From positions 1-64,000 of the forward strand of contig CAWHCQ010000040.1 in the NCBI GenBank assembly GCA_963827755.1: DNA of 64,000 nucleotides, in the 5' to 3' direction. Every line of letters begins with the position of its first letter. Positions within the stretch are counted from its first letter, which is position 1. Below the pieces are notes generated by a model. The model was given only the letters and a program-made list of their open reading frames with translations, made no database searches and was not told where the DNA came from. Shown here one piece after another: positions 10,783-23,940 of this stretch. A program made the position numbers and the translations under genes. The stretch comes from an uncultured Gammaproteobacteria bacterium. GTDB taxonomy: Bacteria > Pseudomonadota > Gammaproteobacteria > UBA9214.

Positions 10783-11847
10783 TTATTTTACAGTCGGATC
10801 AAGCTCGCCACTTTCATAGCGCTTGGTCATTTCTTCCAGGTTCATCGGCTTGATGCGGGAGGCATTGCCCGCCGTACCAAAGGCCTCATAACGCGCCCTG
10901 CAGATATCCCGCATACCATCAGTCGCCGCCCTCAGGTATTTGCGCGGGTCGAAGTTCGAAGGATTATCGTGCATGTGCTTGCGGATCGCACCGGTAGAGG
11001 CCATGCGCAGGTCGGTATCGATATTGACCTTGCGAACCCCGTTCTTGATGCCTTCCTGGATCTCTTCGACCGGCACACCATAGGTTTCACCCATGTCACC
11101 GCCATTTTCATTGATGATCTTCAGCCATTCCTGCGGCACCGAGGAAGAGCCATGCATGACCAGGTGGGTGTCCGGAATACGCTTGTGGATTTCCTTGATC
11201 CGCTCGATCGCAAGAATCTCGCCGGTCGGCGGACGCGTGAACTTGTAGGCACCGTGGCTGGTACCGATCGCTATCGCCAGGGCATCACACTTGGTGTCTT
11301 CTACAAACTTGGCCGCCTCTTCCGGGTCGGTCAGCAGCTGGTCGTGCGATAACACACCTTCCGCACCGGAACCGTCCTCTTCACCGGCCATACCGGTTTC
11401 CAGCGAACCCAGGCAACCCAGCTCACCCTCGACGGACACGCCGCAGGCATGGGCCATTTCCACCGTGCGCCGGGTCACATCAACGTTGTACTCGAAGCTC
11501 ATCGGCGTCTTCATGTCGGGACCCAGCGAACCGTCCATCATCACCGAGCTGAAACCCAGCTGGATAGAACGCTGGCAGACCGACGGGGATGCGCCGTGAT
11601 CCTGGTGTACGACAACCGGGATGTGCGGCCATTGTTCGATAGCCGCCTGGATCAGGTGACGCAGGAAAGGTGCACCGGCATAGGAACGTGCACCGGCCGA
11701 TGCCTGGCAGATAACCGGGCTGTCGGTCTCATGGGCTGCTTCCATGATGGCGTGCATCTGCTCCATGTTATTGACGTTATAGGCCGGTACCCCGTAGCCG
11801 TTCTCGGCGGCGTGGTCCAGCAACTGGCGTAAAGATATAAGGGCCAT
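10783..11847 (-). CDS. fba: Fructose-bisphosphate aldolase class II (CbbA/Calvin-cycle subtype)
   Basis: [29 protein letters not shown] and [12 protein letters not shown] motifs. Confidence 0.96.
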   Translation of the reverse strand: MALISLRQLLDHAAENGYGVPAYNVNNMEQMHAIMEAAHETDSPVICQASAGARSYAGAPFLRHLIQAAIEQWPHIPVVVHQDHGASPSVCQRSIQLGFSSVMMDGSLGPDMKTPMSFEYNVDVTRRTVEMAHACGVSVEGELGCLGSLETGMAGEEDGSGAEGVLSHDQLLTDPEEAAKFVEDTKCDALAIAIGTSHGAYKFTRPPTGEILAIERIKEIHKRIPDTHLVMHGSSSVPQEWLKIINENGGDMGETYGVPVEEIQEGIKNGVRKVNIDTDLRMASTGAIRKHMHDNPSNFDPRKYLRAATDGMRDICRARYEAFGTAGNASRIKPMNLEEMTKRYESGELDPTVK

Positions 11848-11934
11848 TTCATTCTCCTGTAAACCAAAGTGTTTATCGTTAACAAAAATTAATCAAGCTA
11901 CTGCAGGCTGTTTCAGCCGGTTCCTTAATGCCGC

Positions 11935-12010
11935 CAGGGAACCTCGGGGTTTCTCCGTCGTTGCGAGGAGCAAAGTGACGGAACAATCGAATAACCCGGG
12001 GTATTCCCTG
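11935..12010. repeat. REP-like element enclosed by an imperfect inverted repeat
   Basis: Core CGTCGTTGCGAGGAGCAAAGTGACGGAACAATC (11956-11988), resembling GTCATTGCGAG-type REPs, flanked by CAGGGAACCTCGGGGTT and AACCCGGGGTATTCCCTG. Confidence 0.55.
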
Positions 12011-12030
12011 ACAATACCTGTCAAAGTAAA

Positions 12031-13476
12031 TTACTGCTCCACTATTTCGTGCTCGCCCACCCTGATGATCTTCATGGCATTGGTACCGCCATGCACACCC
12101 ATCAGGTCACCCTTGGTAATAATAACCAGGTCGCCGTCACGAACCGCACCACGTCTTACAAGTTCATCAATCGCCTCTTTATTGACTGTCGCGTGATCGG
12201 CGCTGGTGACATCAAAACTCACCGGGTAAACACCCCGGTAGAGGGTAACTTTTCTGCGCGTTTCAACATGCCGCGTCATCGCAAAGATAGGTATGCCCGA
12301 ACTGATGCGTGACATCCACAAGGGCGTTGCGCCGGACTCGGTCAAGGTCACGATTGCCTTCACACCCAGGCTGTTTGCAGTGTACATGGTCGCCTTTGCA
12401 ATCGCCTCGTCGGTCCGCTTGACGTGCATGTTCATGCGGCGCTCCGACGTCAGCCTGGTGCGCTGGCGTTCGGCACCGGCACAAATCCTGTCCATCGCCT
12501 CGATCACCTTGGCGGGGTACTTGCCGGTTGCCGTCTCTGCAGACAGCATTACCGCATCGGTTCCATCGATCACCGCGTTGGCTACATCAAATACCTCTGC
12601 ACGGGTCGGTATCGGGCTGGTAATCATTGACTGCATCATTTGCGTCGCGGTTATCACAACCCGGTCCAGGCCTCGCGCGACGGAAATAATGTTCTTTTGT
12701 ACGGCTGGCAATTCTTCATCACCGATCTCAACACCCAGGTCACCGCGCGCGATCATGACAACATCGGCCGCCTCGATGATCTCGTCGAGATTCTCCAGCG
12801 CTTCCGCGCGCTCGATCTTGGCGACAATACCCCCGTGGCCACCGGCCGCCCTGAGCAACTCACGCGCCTGGTGAATATCGTCGGCACAACGCGGAAAAGA
12901 TACGGCAAGATAATCGGCATCCATTTTCGCGGCTGTCTCAATGTCCCTTCTGTCCTTGGTGGTCAGTGCGCCTGCCGACAGGCCGCCTCCCTTGCGGTTG
13001 ATTCCCTTGCTGTTGGTCAGCACACCGCCCACGACCACGCGGCAATGTATCTCGCGCCCCTTGACCTCCTCGACCCAGAGAACCAGCAGACCGTCATCAA
13101 GCAGCAGGGTATCGCCACGACGCACATCATCGGCCAGTGCCTTGTAAGTCAGACCCACGCGCTCATGTGTACCGGCAACCGGCCCAAGCTCTGCATCAAG
13201 GACAAAATGATCGCCCTCCTCAAGGGTCACCCTGCCGGATTCGAAACCCTCAATGCGTATTTTCGGTCCCTGTAAATCCGCAAGCACGCCAATCTGGTGA
13301 CCAAACGCACGTGCGCGATTGCGCACCTCCTCGGCACGTACAATGTAACCGTCTGTATTGCCATGAGAGAAATTAAACCTGACAACGTCCATGCCGGCCT
13401 GGATCATGTCATCAAGCACTTGCTGATCATCCGTAGCCGGGCCGAGGGTTGCTACTATCTTGGTGCGTCTTGGCAT
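12031..13476 (-). CDS. pyk: Pyruvate kinase (PykA type)
   Basis: RRTKIVATLGPAT, RFNFSHG, MIARGDLGVE and DAVMLSAETA motifs. Confidence 0.96.
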   Translation of the reverse strand: MPRRTKIVATLGPATDDQQVLDDMIQAGMDVVRFNFSHGNTDGYIVRAEEVRNRARAFGHQIGVLADLQGPKIRIEGFESGRVTLEEGDHFVLDAELGPVAGTHERVGLTYKALADDVRRGDTLLLDDGLLVLWVEEVKGREIHCRVVVGGVLTNSKGINRKGGGLSAGALTTKDRRDIETAAKMDADYLAVSFPRCADDIHQARELLRAAGGHGGIVAKIERAEALENLDEIIEAADVVMIARGDLGVEIGDEELPAVQKNIISVARGLDRVVITATQMMQSMITSPIPTRAEVFDVANAVIDGTDAVMLSAETATGKYPAKVIEAMDRICAGAERQRTRLTSERRMNMHVKRTDEAIAKATMYTANSLGVKAIVTLTESGATPLWMSRISSGIPIFAMTRHVETRRKVTLYRGVYPVSFDVTSADHATVNKEAIDELVRRGAVRDGDLVIITKGDLMGVHGGTNAMKIIRVGEHEIVEQ

Positions 13477-13511
13477 GTTGTCAGTTGTCTATTGTTGGCC
13501 GGGAGACTTGA

Positions 13512-14693
13512 CTACTTCGCACGCTGTTCAAGTATTTCGACAGCCGGAAGTTTTTTACCCTCGAGAAACTCAAGGAAGGCACCTCCACCTGTTGAAATGT
13601 ATGAAATCCTGCTCTCGATACCGTACTTGTCAACGGCTGCCAGCGTGTCGCCACCGCCGGCAATCGAGAACGCATCGGATTCGGCAATTGCCAGGCCCAG
13701 CGTACGGGTGCCCTCGCCAAACTGGTCAAACTCGAACACGCCAACCGGCCCGTTCCAGACGATGGTCCCGGCGCTCTTCATCATCTTTGCAAAGCGTGCA
13801 GCCGTATCCGGCCCGATATCGAAAATCATGTCGTCATCTTCAACATCGCCGACCTGCTTGACGACGGCCTCGGCAGATTCCGAAAACTCCTTGCCGACCA
13901 CAACATCTGTCGGCACCGGGATCTCGCCACCCTTGGCCTTTGCCGCTTCCATCAGGCGCTTCGCCTCGGGAACCAGGTCTGCCTCGTACAGGGACTTGCC
14001 GACGTTATGGCCGCAGGCCGCGATAAACGTATTGGCAATACCGCCACCGGGAATCAGCTGGTCGACAATCTGCGACAGTGCCTCGAGCACGGTCAGCTTG
14101 GTTGACACCTTGGAGCCACCGACAATGGCGGCCATGGGACGCTTTGGATTGTCCAGCGCCTTGCCCAGCGCCTCGAGTTCTCCGGCAAGCAGCGGTCCTG
14201 CACAGGCAACCGGCGCATACTTCGCCACACCATGGGTAGATGCCTGGGCACGATGCGCCGTTCCAAAGGCATCCATCACGTAGACATCGCAAAGTGCGGC
14301 CATCTTTTTCGACAGCGCGTCGTCGTTCTTCATTTCGCCGGCATTGAAACGGACGTTTTCGCACAGAGACGACTTCGCCGTCTTTGCATCTCGCCGACGC
14401 CGTCTGACCCAGTCCTTGACCAGCTTGACCTCGCGGCCCAGCAGGCCGGCCATGTGAGTGGCTCACCGGGGCGAGCGAAAACTGCTCGTCGTATTTGCCC
14501 TCAACAGGGCGGCCCAGGTGTGACATCACCATTACTTTGGCACCGGCTTTCACGCCATTTCAATGGTCGGCAGCGAGGCAAGAATGCGCTTGTCGCTGCT
14601 GACCTTGCCATCCTTGATCGGCACGTTCAGGTCCTGGCGAATCAGAACGCGCTTACCGGCAAGATCCAGGTCGGTCATCTTTATTACAGACAT
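13512..14693 (-). CDS. pgk: Phosphoglycerate kinase (several frameshifts between about 14360 and 14555)
   Basis: [30 protein letters not shown] and [11 protein letters not shown] are spread over three ORFs. Confidence 0.93.
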
Positions 14694-14793
14694 GGGCGAC
14701 TCCGTAAGAAATAATTTACAGAGTGGCTGCCAGTCAGCGGTTTGACGCCGCGTGACCGGCAGCCGATGACTGCTTGCTGCAGCTGACGTCTGT

Positions 14794-17857
<3,064 letters not shown>

Positions 17858-17982
17858 GTTTTTCTCCTGTTCTGATTTGAATTCTGTGTTTATGACAGCA
17901 CCGGTACCCGGTCGCCGGCACATGTTCCTGCGCCGCCGGTCATGGGCTGCAGGTCCTGAAATCGCGTCCCGATTTCAGCGAT

Positions 17983-18120
17983 AAAAAAAGCCTCCAGTGC
18001 CGATTGGTTTGCACTGAGGCAATCAACTGCGTCGCTTCCGCTGGCTGTCCGGGGCAGTCGCTGCACGGCCGACCCGGAGACAAGGCGCGCTATTTTCCCC
18101 TAGTTTGTCCCGTTCGGCAA
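17983..18120 (-). promoter_or_regulatory. Putative sigma70 promoter plus structured leader ending in an intrinsic terminator upstream of tkt
   Basis: TTGCCG-N17-GAAAAT, then two hairpins; the last, GCCTCAGTGC-N10-GCACTGGAGGC, is followed by T7. Confidence 0.5.
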
Positions 18121-18197
18121 TAGCCCGGACAGGCGGGCTTCACGCCAGGCCCCCGACATTTTATTGCTCTATAACAATACTTTATGGGGAGCGGCCC

Positions 18198-18767
18198 TCA
18201 AGCCCCGGCGCTATCGTCCAGCCACTTGATGGAACAGCCCATACCCGGGATCTGCTCGGCCGGCCCGCGCCCGGTTTCGGCCACCTGGCGCATCGCCTCG
18301 AACAGGTCGCGGCGCACGTCCCCGGCAGCGGCCTGCTTGCCGCTGGCATCGAGACGGCCCCGGTATTGCAGCTCCAGGTCACTGTTATAGCCGAAGAATT
18401 CCGGGGTACAGACCGCGCCGTAGGCCTTCGCGACCGCCTGGCTTTCGTCCAGCAGGTAGGGAAACGGGAAGCCATATTCCCGCGCCACCGCCTGCATGTT
18501 CTCGAAACTATCTTCCTTATATTGAGTCGTATCATTCGACATGATGGCGACGCTGTTAATCCCGAGGCCCTGCAGCTCGAGGGTGTCGCGGACGATGCGC
18601 GGTCGAATCGCCTGTACATAGGGGCAGTGGTTGCAGATGAACATCACCAGCAGACCCGCTGGTCCGCGGCACTGCTCAAGCGTCCACTGCCTGTTGTCGA
18701 TACCCGGCAGGGTGAAATCAACGGCGGGGGCGCCGAAATCACAAACCGGCGTTTCCAGACTGACCAT
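18198..18767 (-). CDS. Thioredoxin-fold AhpC/TSA family protein
   Basis: MFICNHCPYV, AVCTPEFF, LQYRGRLD and MGCSIKW motifs. Confidence 0.9.
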   Translation of the reverse strand: MVSLETPVCDFGAPAVDFTLPGIDNRQWTLEQCRGPAGLLVMFICNHCPYVQAIRPRIVRDTLELQGLGINSVAIMSNDTTQYKEDSFENMQAVAREYGFPFPYLLDESQAVAKAYGAVCTPEFFGYNSDLELQYRGRLDASGKQAAAGDVRRDLFEAMRQVAETGRGPAEQIPGMGCSIKWLDDSAGA

Positions 18768-18891
18768 GGCGGTTCTCTCATCGGGATGTACGGGTTGCTA
18801 CTGTAAGACAATTACCCGGTGGATGAAAATATCACCAACGTAAGGTACACTTAACCGTTTACCCTAATACTCTAATAGATAACCAAAAATT

Positions 18892-20058
18892 ATGTCTACA
18901 CTTCAAACGTTTACATCAGAATCCGTGTCCGAGGGGCATCCCGACAAGGTCGCCGACCAGATTTCTGACGCGGTGCTCGACGCCCTCCTTGCCCAGGACA
19001 CGAAGGCGCGTGTTGCGGTCGAGACCATGGTCAAAACCGGCATGGTCCTGATTGCCGGCGAGGTGACAACCAGTGCGTGGGTGGACCTCGAGGAGATTGT
19101 TCGCCATACCGTCCGCGATATCGGCTACAACAGTTCGGAAATAGGCTTTGACTGGGAATCCTGCGCCGTGCTGAATGCCATCGGCAAGCAGTCATCGGAT
19201 ATCGCCATGGGCGTTGACGAGACCGAAGACCACGAACAGGGGGCCGGTGACCAGGGATTGATGTTTGGCTATGCCTCGAATGAAACCAATGTGTTGATGC
19301 CGGCGCCGATCACCTATTCCCACCGGCTGGTGAAACGCCAGGCAGAGGTCCGCAAAAACGGGACATTACCCTGGCTGCGGCCCGATGCTAAAAGCCAGGT
19401 CACCTTTCTCTACGAGGACGACCAGCCCGTCGGAATCGACGCCGTCGTCCTGTCAACCCAGCACAACCCGGAGATCTCGCTGAAGGCCCTGCGCGAGGCG
19501 GTCATGGACGAGATCATCAAACCGGTGCTGCCGGAAGAGTGGCTGGACAAGTGTCCGCAGGACCATATCCACATCAACCCGACCGGAAACTTTGTCATCG
19601 GCGGCCCGGTAGGTGATTGCGGCCTGACCGGGCGCAAGATCATCGTCGACACCTACGGCGGCATGGCGCGTCACGGCGGCGGTGCATTTTCGGGCAAGGA
19701 TCCGAGCAAGGTTGACCGCTCGGCGGCCTATGCCTCGCGTTATGTTGCCAAGAACATCGTTGCGGCCGGTCTGGCCGAGCGTTGCGAACTGCAGGTTTCC
19801 TATGCGATTGGCGTTGCCGAGCCGACTTCGATCAGCATCAACACCTTCGGCACCGGCAAGCTGGATGAAAACCGCCTGATAGAACTGGTGCGCGAGCACT
19901 TTGACCTGCGCCCGCGCGGGCTGATCACCATGCTTGACCTGTTAAGGCCAATCTACAGGGAAACAGCTGCCTATGGCCACTTTGGCCGTGAAGACTGTGA
20001 TTTCCCCTGGGAAAGAATCGATGTCGCCGATGCCCTGCGTGATGCAGCCGGCCTGTAA
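18892..20058 (+). CDS. metK: S-adenosylmethionine synthetase
   Basis: [19 protein letters not shown] and GGGAFSGKD motifs. Confidence 0.97.
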   Translation: MSTLQTFTSESVSEGHPDKVADQISDAVLDALLAQDTKARVAVETMVKTGMVLIAGEVTTSAWVDLEEIVRHTVRDIGYNSSEIGFDWESCAVLNAIGKQSSDIAMGVDETEDHEQGAGDQGLMFGYASNETNVLMPAPITYSHRLVKRQAEVRKNGTLPWLRPDAKSQVTFLYEDDQPVGIDAVVLSTQHNPEISLKALREAVMDEIIKPVLPEEWLDKCPQDHIHINPTGNFVIGGPVGDCGLTGRKIIVDTYGGMARHGGGAFSGKDPSKVDRSAAYASRYVAKNIVAAGLAERCELQVSYAIGVAEPTSISINTFGTGKLDENRLIELVREHFDLRPRGLITMLDLLRPIYRETAAYGHFGREDCDFPWERIDVADALRDAAGL

Positions 20059-20098
20059 CCTGGACAATCACCCTTAATATTCAAATACGAGGCACAAG

Positions 20099-21412
20099 AT
20101 GAGCATACAACCTGTTGAAAACCTGAGCCCTGATTACAAGATCGCCGACATCGGCCTGGCCGAGTGGGGACGCAAGGAGGTCTCCATCGCCGAGGTTGAA
20201 ATGCCGGGACTGATGGCGCTGCGCGAAGAGTACAAGGGCAAGAATCCGCTGAAGGGCGCACGCATTGCCGGTTGCCTGCACATGACCATCCAGACCGCCG
20301 TCCTGATCGAGACCCTGATCGACCTGGGTGCCGAAGTGCGCTGGTCTTCCTGCAATATTTTTTCTACCCAGGACCAGGCCGCCGCCGCGATGGCCGCTGT
20401 CGGGGTGCCGGTATTTGCCTGGAAAGGCGAGACCGAGGACGAGGCCTGGTGGTGCATCGAACAAACCATCTTTGGCCCGAACGGCTGGCGCCCGAACATG
20501 ATCCTCGATGATGGTGGCGACCTGACCCAGATGATGCACGACAAGTACCCGGAACTGCTGAAGGACGTCAGGGGCCTGTCGGAAGAAACCACCACCGGCG
20601 TGCACCGCCTTTACGAAATGATGGCTGCCGGCACGCTGATGACGCCTGCTTTCAACGTCAATGATTCTGTCACCAAGAGCAAGTTCGATAATCTCTACGG
20701 CTGTCGCGAATCACTGGTGGACGGCATCAAGCGCGCGACCGACGTGATGATCGCCGGCAAGGTTGCCGTGGTGCTCGGCTACGGTGATGTCGGCAAGGGC
20801 TGCGCACAGTCACTGAAAGGACTGGGCGCGTCGGTCTGGGTCACGGAGATCGACCCGATCTGCGCCCTGCAGGCCGCGATGGAAGGCTACCGGGTTGTGA
20901 ACATGGATGAAGCCTGCAGCCAGGGCGACATCTTCGTCACCACCACCGGCAACATCAATGTCATCAATCACGATCACATGAAGGCGATGAAGAACGAGGC
21001 CATCGTCTGCAACATCGGGCATTTCGACTCCGAGATTGATATTGCAAGCCTGCGCCAGTATGAATGGGACAACATCAAGCCCCAGGTTGACCACGTGATC
21101 TTTCCTGATGGCAAGCGCATCACCGTACTGGCCGAAGGGCGCCTGGTGAACCTCGGTTGCGCCACCGGTCACCCGAGTTTCGTGATGTCGGCTTCGTTTA
21201 CCAACCAGGTGATCGCACAGATCGAACTCTGGCAGAATCCCGGCAAGTACGAGAACAAGGTCTATGTCCTGCCGAAACACCTGGATGAAAAAGTCGCACG
21301 TCTGCACCTTGGAAAAATCGGCGTATCACTCACGCCGCTGACAAAGGAGCAGGCTGAATACATCAGGGTGCCGATGGATGGCCCCTACAAACCGGATTAC
21401 TACCGCTACTAG
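20099..21412 (+). CDS. ahcY: Adenosylhomocysteinase
   Basis: [34 protein letters not shown] and GHPSFVMS motifs. Confidence 0.97.
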   Translation: MSIQPVENLSPDYKIADIGLAEWGRKEVSIAEVEMPGLMALREEYKGKNPLKGARIAGCLHMTIQTAVLIETLIDLGAEVRWSSCNIFSTQDQAAAAMAAVGVPVFAWKGETEDEAWWCIEQTIFGPNGWRPNMILDDGGDLTQMMHDKYPELLKDVRGLSEETTTGVHRLYEMMAAGTLMTPAFNVNDSVTKSKFDNLYGCRESLVDGIKRATDVMIAGKVAVVLGYGDVGKGCAQSLKGLGASVWVTEIDPICALQAAMEGYRVVNMDEACSQGDIFVTTTGNINVINHDHMKAMKNEAIVCNIGHFDSEIDIASLRQYEWDNIKPQVDHVIFPDGKRITVLAEGRLVNLGCATGHPSFVMSASFTNQVIAQIELWQNPGKYENKVYVLPKHLDEKVARLHLGKIGVSLTPLTKEQAEYIRVPMDGPYKPDYYRY

Positions 21413-21450
21413 GAAATATCTCACTACATTTACCGGTGAGATGCAGCCGC

Positions 21451-21529
21451 GTAGCCCGGATGAAGCGCACGACTGCATGGATGCAGGAGGTAGAGCAACG
21501 CATGGAGCAGTTGCCGAGCGGAATCCGGG
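21451..21529 (+). repeat. GTAG-type REP interrupted by the 49-bp GGA cassette (copy 1 at 21468-21516)
   Basis: GTAGCCCGGATGAAGCG-[cassette]-AGCGGAATCCGGG; the cassette recurs at 55495 and 56441. Confidence 0.8.
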
Positions 21530-21599
21530 ATCCCGCTTGAAACAGTTCCCCCGGCCCTTTGGGGATCCGGGCACGGCACTTGTGAAATCAGAAACACTC

Positions 21600-22448
21600 A
21601 TGGAATCACAGAAAAAATACACGCCGACCTTCAGCTTTGAATTCTTTCCCCCGAAGACGGCAGACGGTATCGCCGCACTGGCAGAAACCAGCAACAAGCT
21701 TGCCGCACTGAAACCACGGTTCTTTTCGGTGACTTTCGGCGCCGGTGGCTCAACCCGCGATCACACCTTCGAGACAGTACTCGACCTGCAGAAAAAATCA
21801 GGCATAGAAACCGCGCCGCACCTCTCCTGCATCTCTTCCACCCGCGACAATATCCGGGAAATGCTGAATGCCTACCAGGCAAGCGGCATCAGTCATATCG
21901 TCGCCCTGCGCGGCGACATGCCTTCCGGCATGGTCGAGGCCGGCGAGTTCCGCCATGCCAACGAACTGGTTGGCTTTATCCGCGAGGAGACGGGCGATCA
22001 CTTTCATATCGAGGTTGCGGCATACCCGGAGTATCACCCGCAGGCAAGCAGCCCCGCCAGGGACCTTGCAAACTTCAAGCGCAAGGTGGAAGCCGGCGCC
22101 AGCAGTGCGATTACGCAATACTTCTATAATCCCGATGCCTACTTCAATTTCATCGACAGCTGCGAAAAAGCTGGCATCGATATCCCGATCGTTCCCGGCA
22201 TCATGCCGATAACAAATTATCATCAGCTGGCGCGTTTCTCCGAGGCCTGCGGTTCGGAGATACCCCGCTGGATCCGCAAACGCCTGGAAGCCTATGGCGA
22301 GGACCTTGTCTCGATTCGCGCCTTTGGCGAAGAGGTCGTCACCGGCATGTGTGAGCGACTGCTTGCCCATGGCTCGCCGGGCCTGCATTTTTATACCCTC
22401 AACCGCGCGGATCCCGCGCTCGCCATCTGGAAAAACCTGGCCCTGTAG
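21600..22448 (+). CDS. metF: Methylenetetrahydrofolate reductase
   Basis: SFEFFPPK, SVTFGAGGST, ALRGD, AITQYF and LHFYTLN motifs. Confidence 0.95.
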   Translation: MESQKKYTPTFSFEFFPPKTADGIAALAETSNKLAALKPRFFSVTFGAGGSTRDHTFETVLDLQKKSGIETAPHLSCISSTRDNIREMLNAYQASGISHIVALRGDMPSGMVEAGEFRHANELVGFIREETGDHFHIEVAAYPEYHPQASSPARDLANFKRKVEAGASSAITQYFYNPDAYFNFIDSCEKAGIDIPIVPGIMPITNYHQLARFSEACGSEIPRWIRKRLEAYGEDLVSIRAFGEEVVTGMCERLLAHGSPGLHFYTLNRADPALAIWKNLAL

Positions 22449-22512
22449 GAGCGGATCTAATCCGCGATGAACACTGGCACTAACCCCGATCGCGCTTGAG
22501 AAGCGCTCCTGC
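22445..22512. repeat. Inverted pair of GTAG-type REPs (REPIN-like)
   Basis: GTAGGAGCGGATCTAATCCGCGAT ... ATCGCGCTTGAGAAGCGCTCCTGC. Confidence 0.7.
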
Positions 22513-22567
22513 ACCGGAAATAAATCGGGCTTTGCATCGCGAGGACACTTTCCAGTATCTTCGCTAC

Positions 22568-23299
22568 ATGCGCATCTCACGTATATATACCTCGCAGCCG
22601 CTCAGTGAAGGAGCCACGCTGACCATCAGTGGCCAGCCGGCACATCATGTTACCCACGTGCTGCGCCTTCGAGCCGGCACAGAACTGGTTGTCTTCGGAC
22701 ACGGATGTGAACACCGGGCGGTGCTGCGCGACATCCGGCGCTCGGAGCTGACAATTGAAGTGGGCACAGCATGTGAAAGCATGGCAGAGTCAGCAATCGA
22801 TGTGATTCTGCTGCAAGGCATCGCACGCAACGATCGAATGGACCTGATACTGCAAAAGTCGGTTGAACTTGGCGTGAACAGCATCCAGCCTCTGTGGATG
22901 CAGCGCAGCCAGGGCCAGCTGAAGGGAGAGCGACTCGAAAAACGCATCCAGCACTGGCAGGGTGTGATTATCAGCGCCTGCGAACAATGCGGGCGCAGCA
23001 GCCTGCCCGGGCTGTTGCCGCCGGATGATTATATCGGCAGGCTGACCACGCACGCATATAAAGGCCTGAAGCTGATGTTGCAGCCGGAAAGCAAAATGAC
23101 CCTGCATGACATGCCGGTCCCCGACGGAGCCATTCATATACTGGTTGGACCCGAGGGTGGACTGAGCCCGGAAGAACAGACACTTGCCGCAAACAAAGGT
23201 TTTACCGGCATTCATCTCGGGCAGCGCATCCTGCGTACCGAGACCGCCGCACTGGCAGCACTTGCCGGCATGCAAACCCTGTGGGGTGATTTTAAATAA
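22568..23299 (+). CDS. rsmE: 16S rRNA (uracil1498-N3)-methyltransferase
   Basis: HVLRL, QKSVELG, SACEQCGR, GPEGG and ILRTETA motifs. Confidence 0.94.
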   Translation: MRISRIYTSQPLSEGATLTISGQPAHHVTHVLRLRAGTELVVFGHGCEHRAVLRDIRRSELTIEVGTACESMAESAIDVILLQGIARNDRMDLILQKSVELGVNSIQPLWMQRSQGQLKGERLEKRIQHWQGVIISACEQCGRSSLPGLLPPDDYIGRLTTHAYKGLKLMLQPESKMTLHDMPVPDGAIHILVGPEGGLSPEEQTLAANKGFTGIHLGQRILRTETAALAALAGMQTLWGDFK

Positions 23300-23328
23300 G
23301 CCTCGTCAGCCACCGCTGCAAGGCAGCG

Positions 23329-23417
23329 TGACGGCTTCGCTCTTTACCCATCCTACGGAGTGAGCGTAGCTGGCGAGGGGTTCGCGGAGTGTTCGCCAGC
23401 TGGCGCTAGCTCCTACA
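23329..23417. repeat. Cluster of GTAG-type REP-like sequences between convergent genes
   Basis: Two CCTAC-ending units (...TTTACCCATCCTAC and TTCGCCAGCTGGCGCTAGCTCCTAC) plus an inverted partner GGAGTGAGCGTAGCTGGCGA. Confidence 0.6.
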
Positions 23418-23442
23418 GGAGGTATACACCGGCGCAACTCTG

Positions 23443-23940
23443 TCAGGCTGCCTGCTCGAGGCACTGTTCCAGCAATCCCTGCAGGTAGACAAGGTCGGGA
23501 ATGACCGCACGTTCGTTGCCAACCTGCACCACGCAGTGCACACCTGTCATGTCGTACACGTCGACACGGTCCACGGAATCATTACCAAACTGTATCAACC
23601 CCGGCAGGCCTGCCGTTACAATCCCGTAGTATTCCACGCGGCTGTCAGCCAGCACCGAGTTCACGATCATCAGGCGCGAGAATACGGGATTGGAAGGTAC
23701 TGTCAGTCCGCATAACGATTCCAGCGAGACCACGGCTATCTCGCGTTCATGCCATTTAACCATGCCGAGTAGCCATTCCGGCATCCCCGGCACTTCTCTG
23801 GGTGTGCGGTAACTGCTGATTTCGGCGACGACCATGTTGGGCAACAACAGGTTCATCTCCCGCAACGGCACCCACAAGCTGCGCACCCTGTCCTGTACGC
23901 CGTCTGCCTGGACCGTCAAATCCGGATCACTGCTGCTCAT
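23443..23940 (-). CDS. chpC: CheW-like protein ChpC
   Basis: NLLLPNMVVAEI...PEWLLGMVKW motif; ATGA overlap with the chpA stop codon. Confidence 0.8.
   Translation of the reverse strand: MSSSDPDLTVQADGVQDRVRSLWVPLREMNLLLPNMVVAEISSYRTPREVPGMPEWLLGMVKWHEREIAVVSLESLCGLTVPSNPVFSRLMIVNSVLADSRVEYYGIVTAGLPGLIQFGNDSVDRVDVYDMTGVHCVVQVGNERAVIPDLVYLQGLLEQCLEQAA

Noticed and set aside
18768-21599. SAM or SAH riboswitch around metK/ahcY/metF
   Set aside because: The metK leader is AT-rich without recognisable aptamer cores, the metK-ahcY gap is 40 bp, and the ahcY-metF gap is explained by a REP plus the cassette.
21378-21599. N-terminal extensions in the ORF track for metF (and likewise xth 56332-56667, pilJ 30619-30807)
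   Set aside because: They read through repeats or neighbouring genes; family-typical starts lie downstream.
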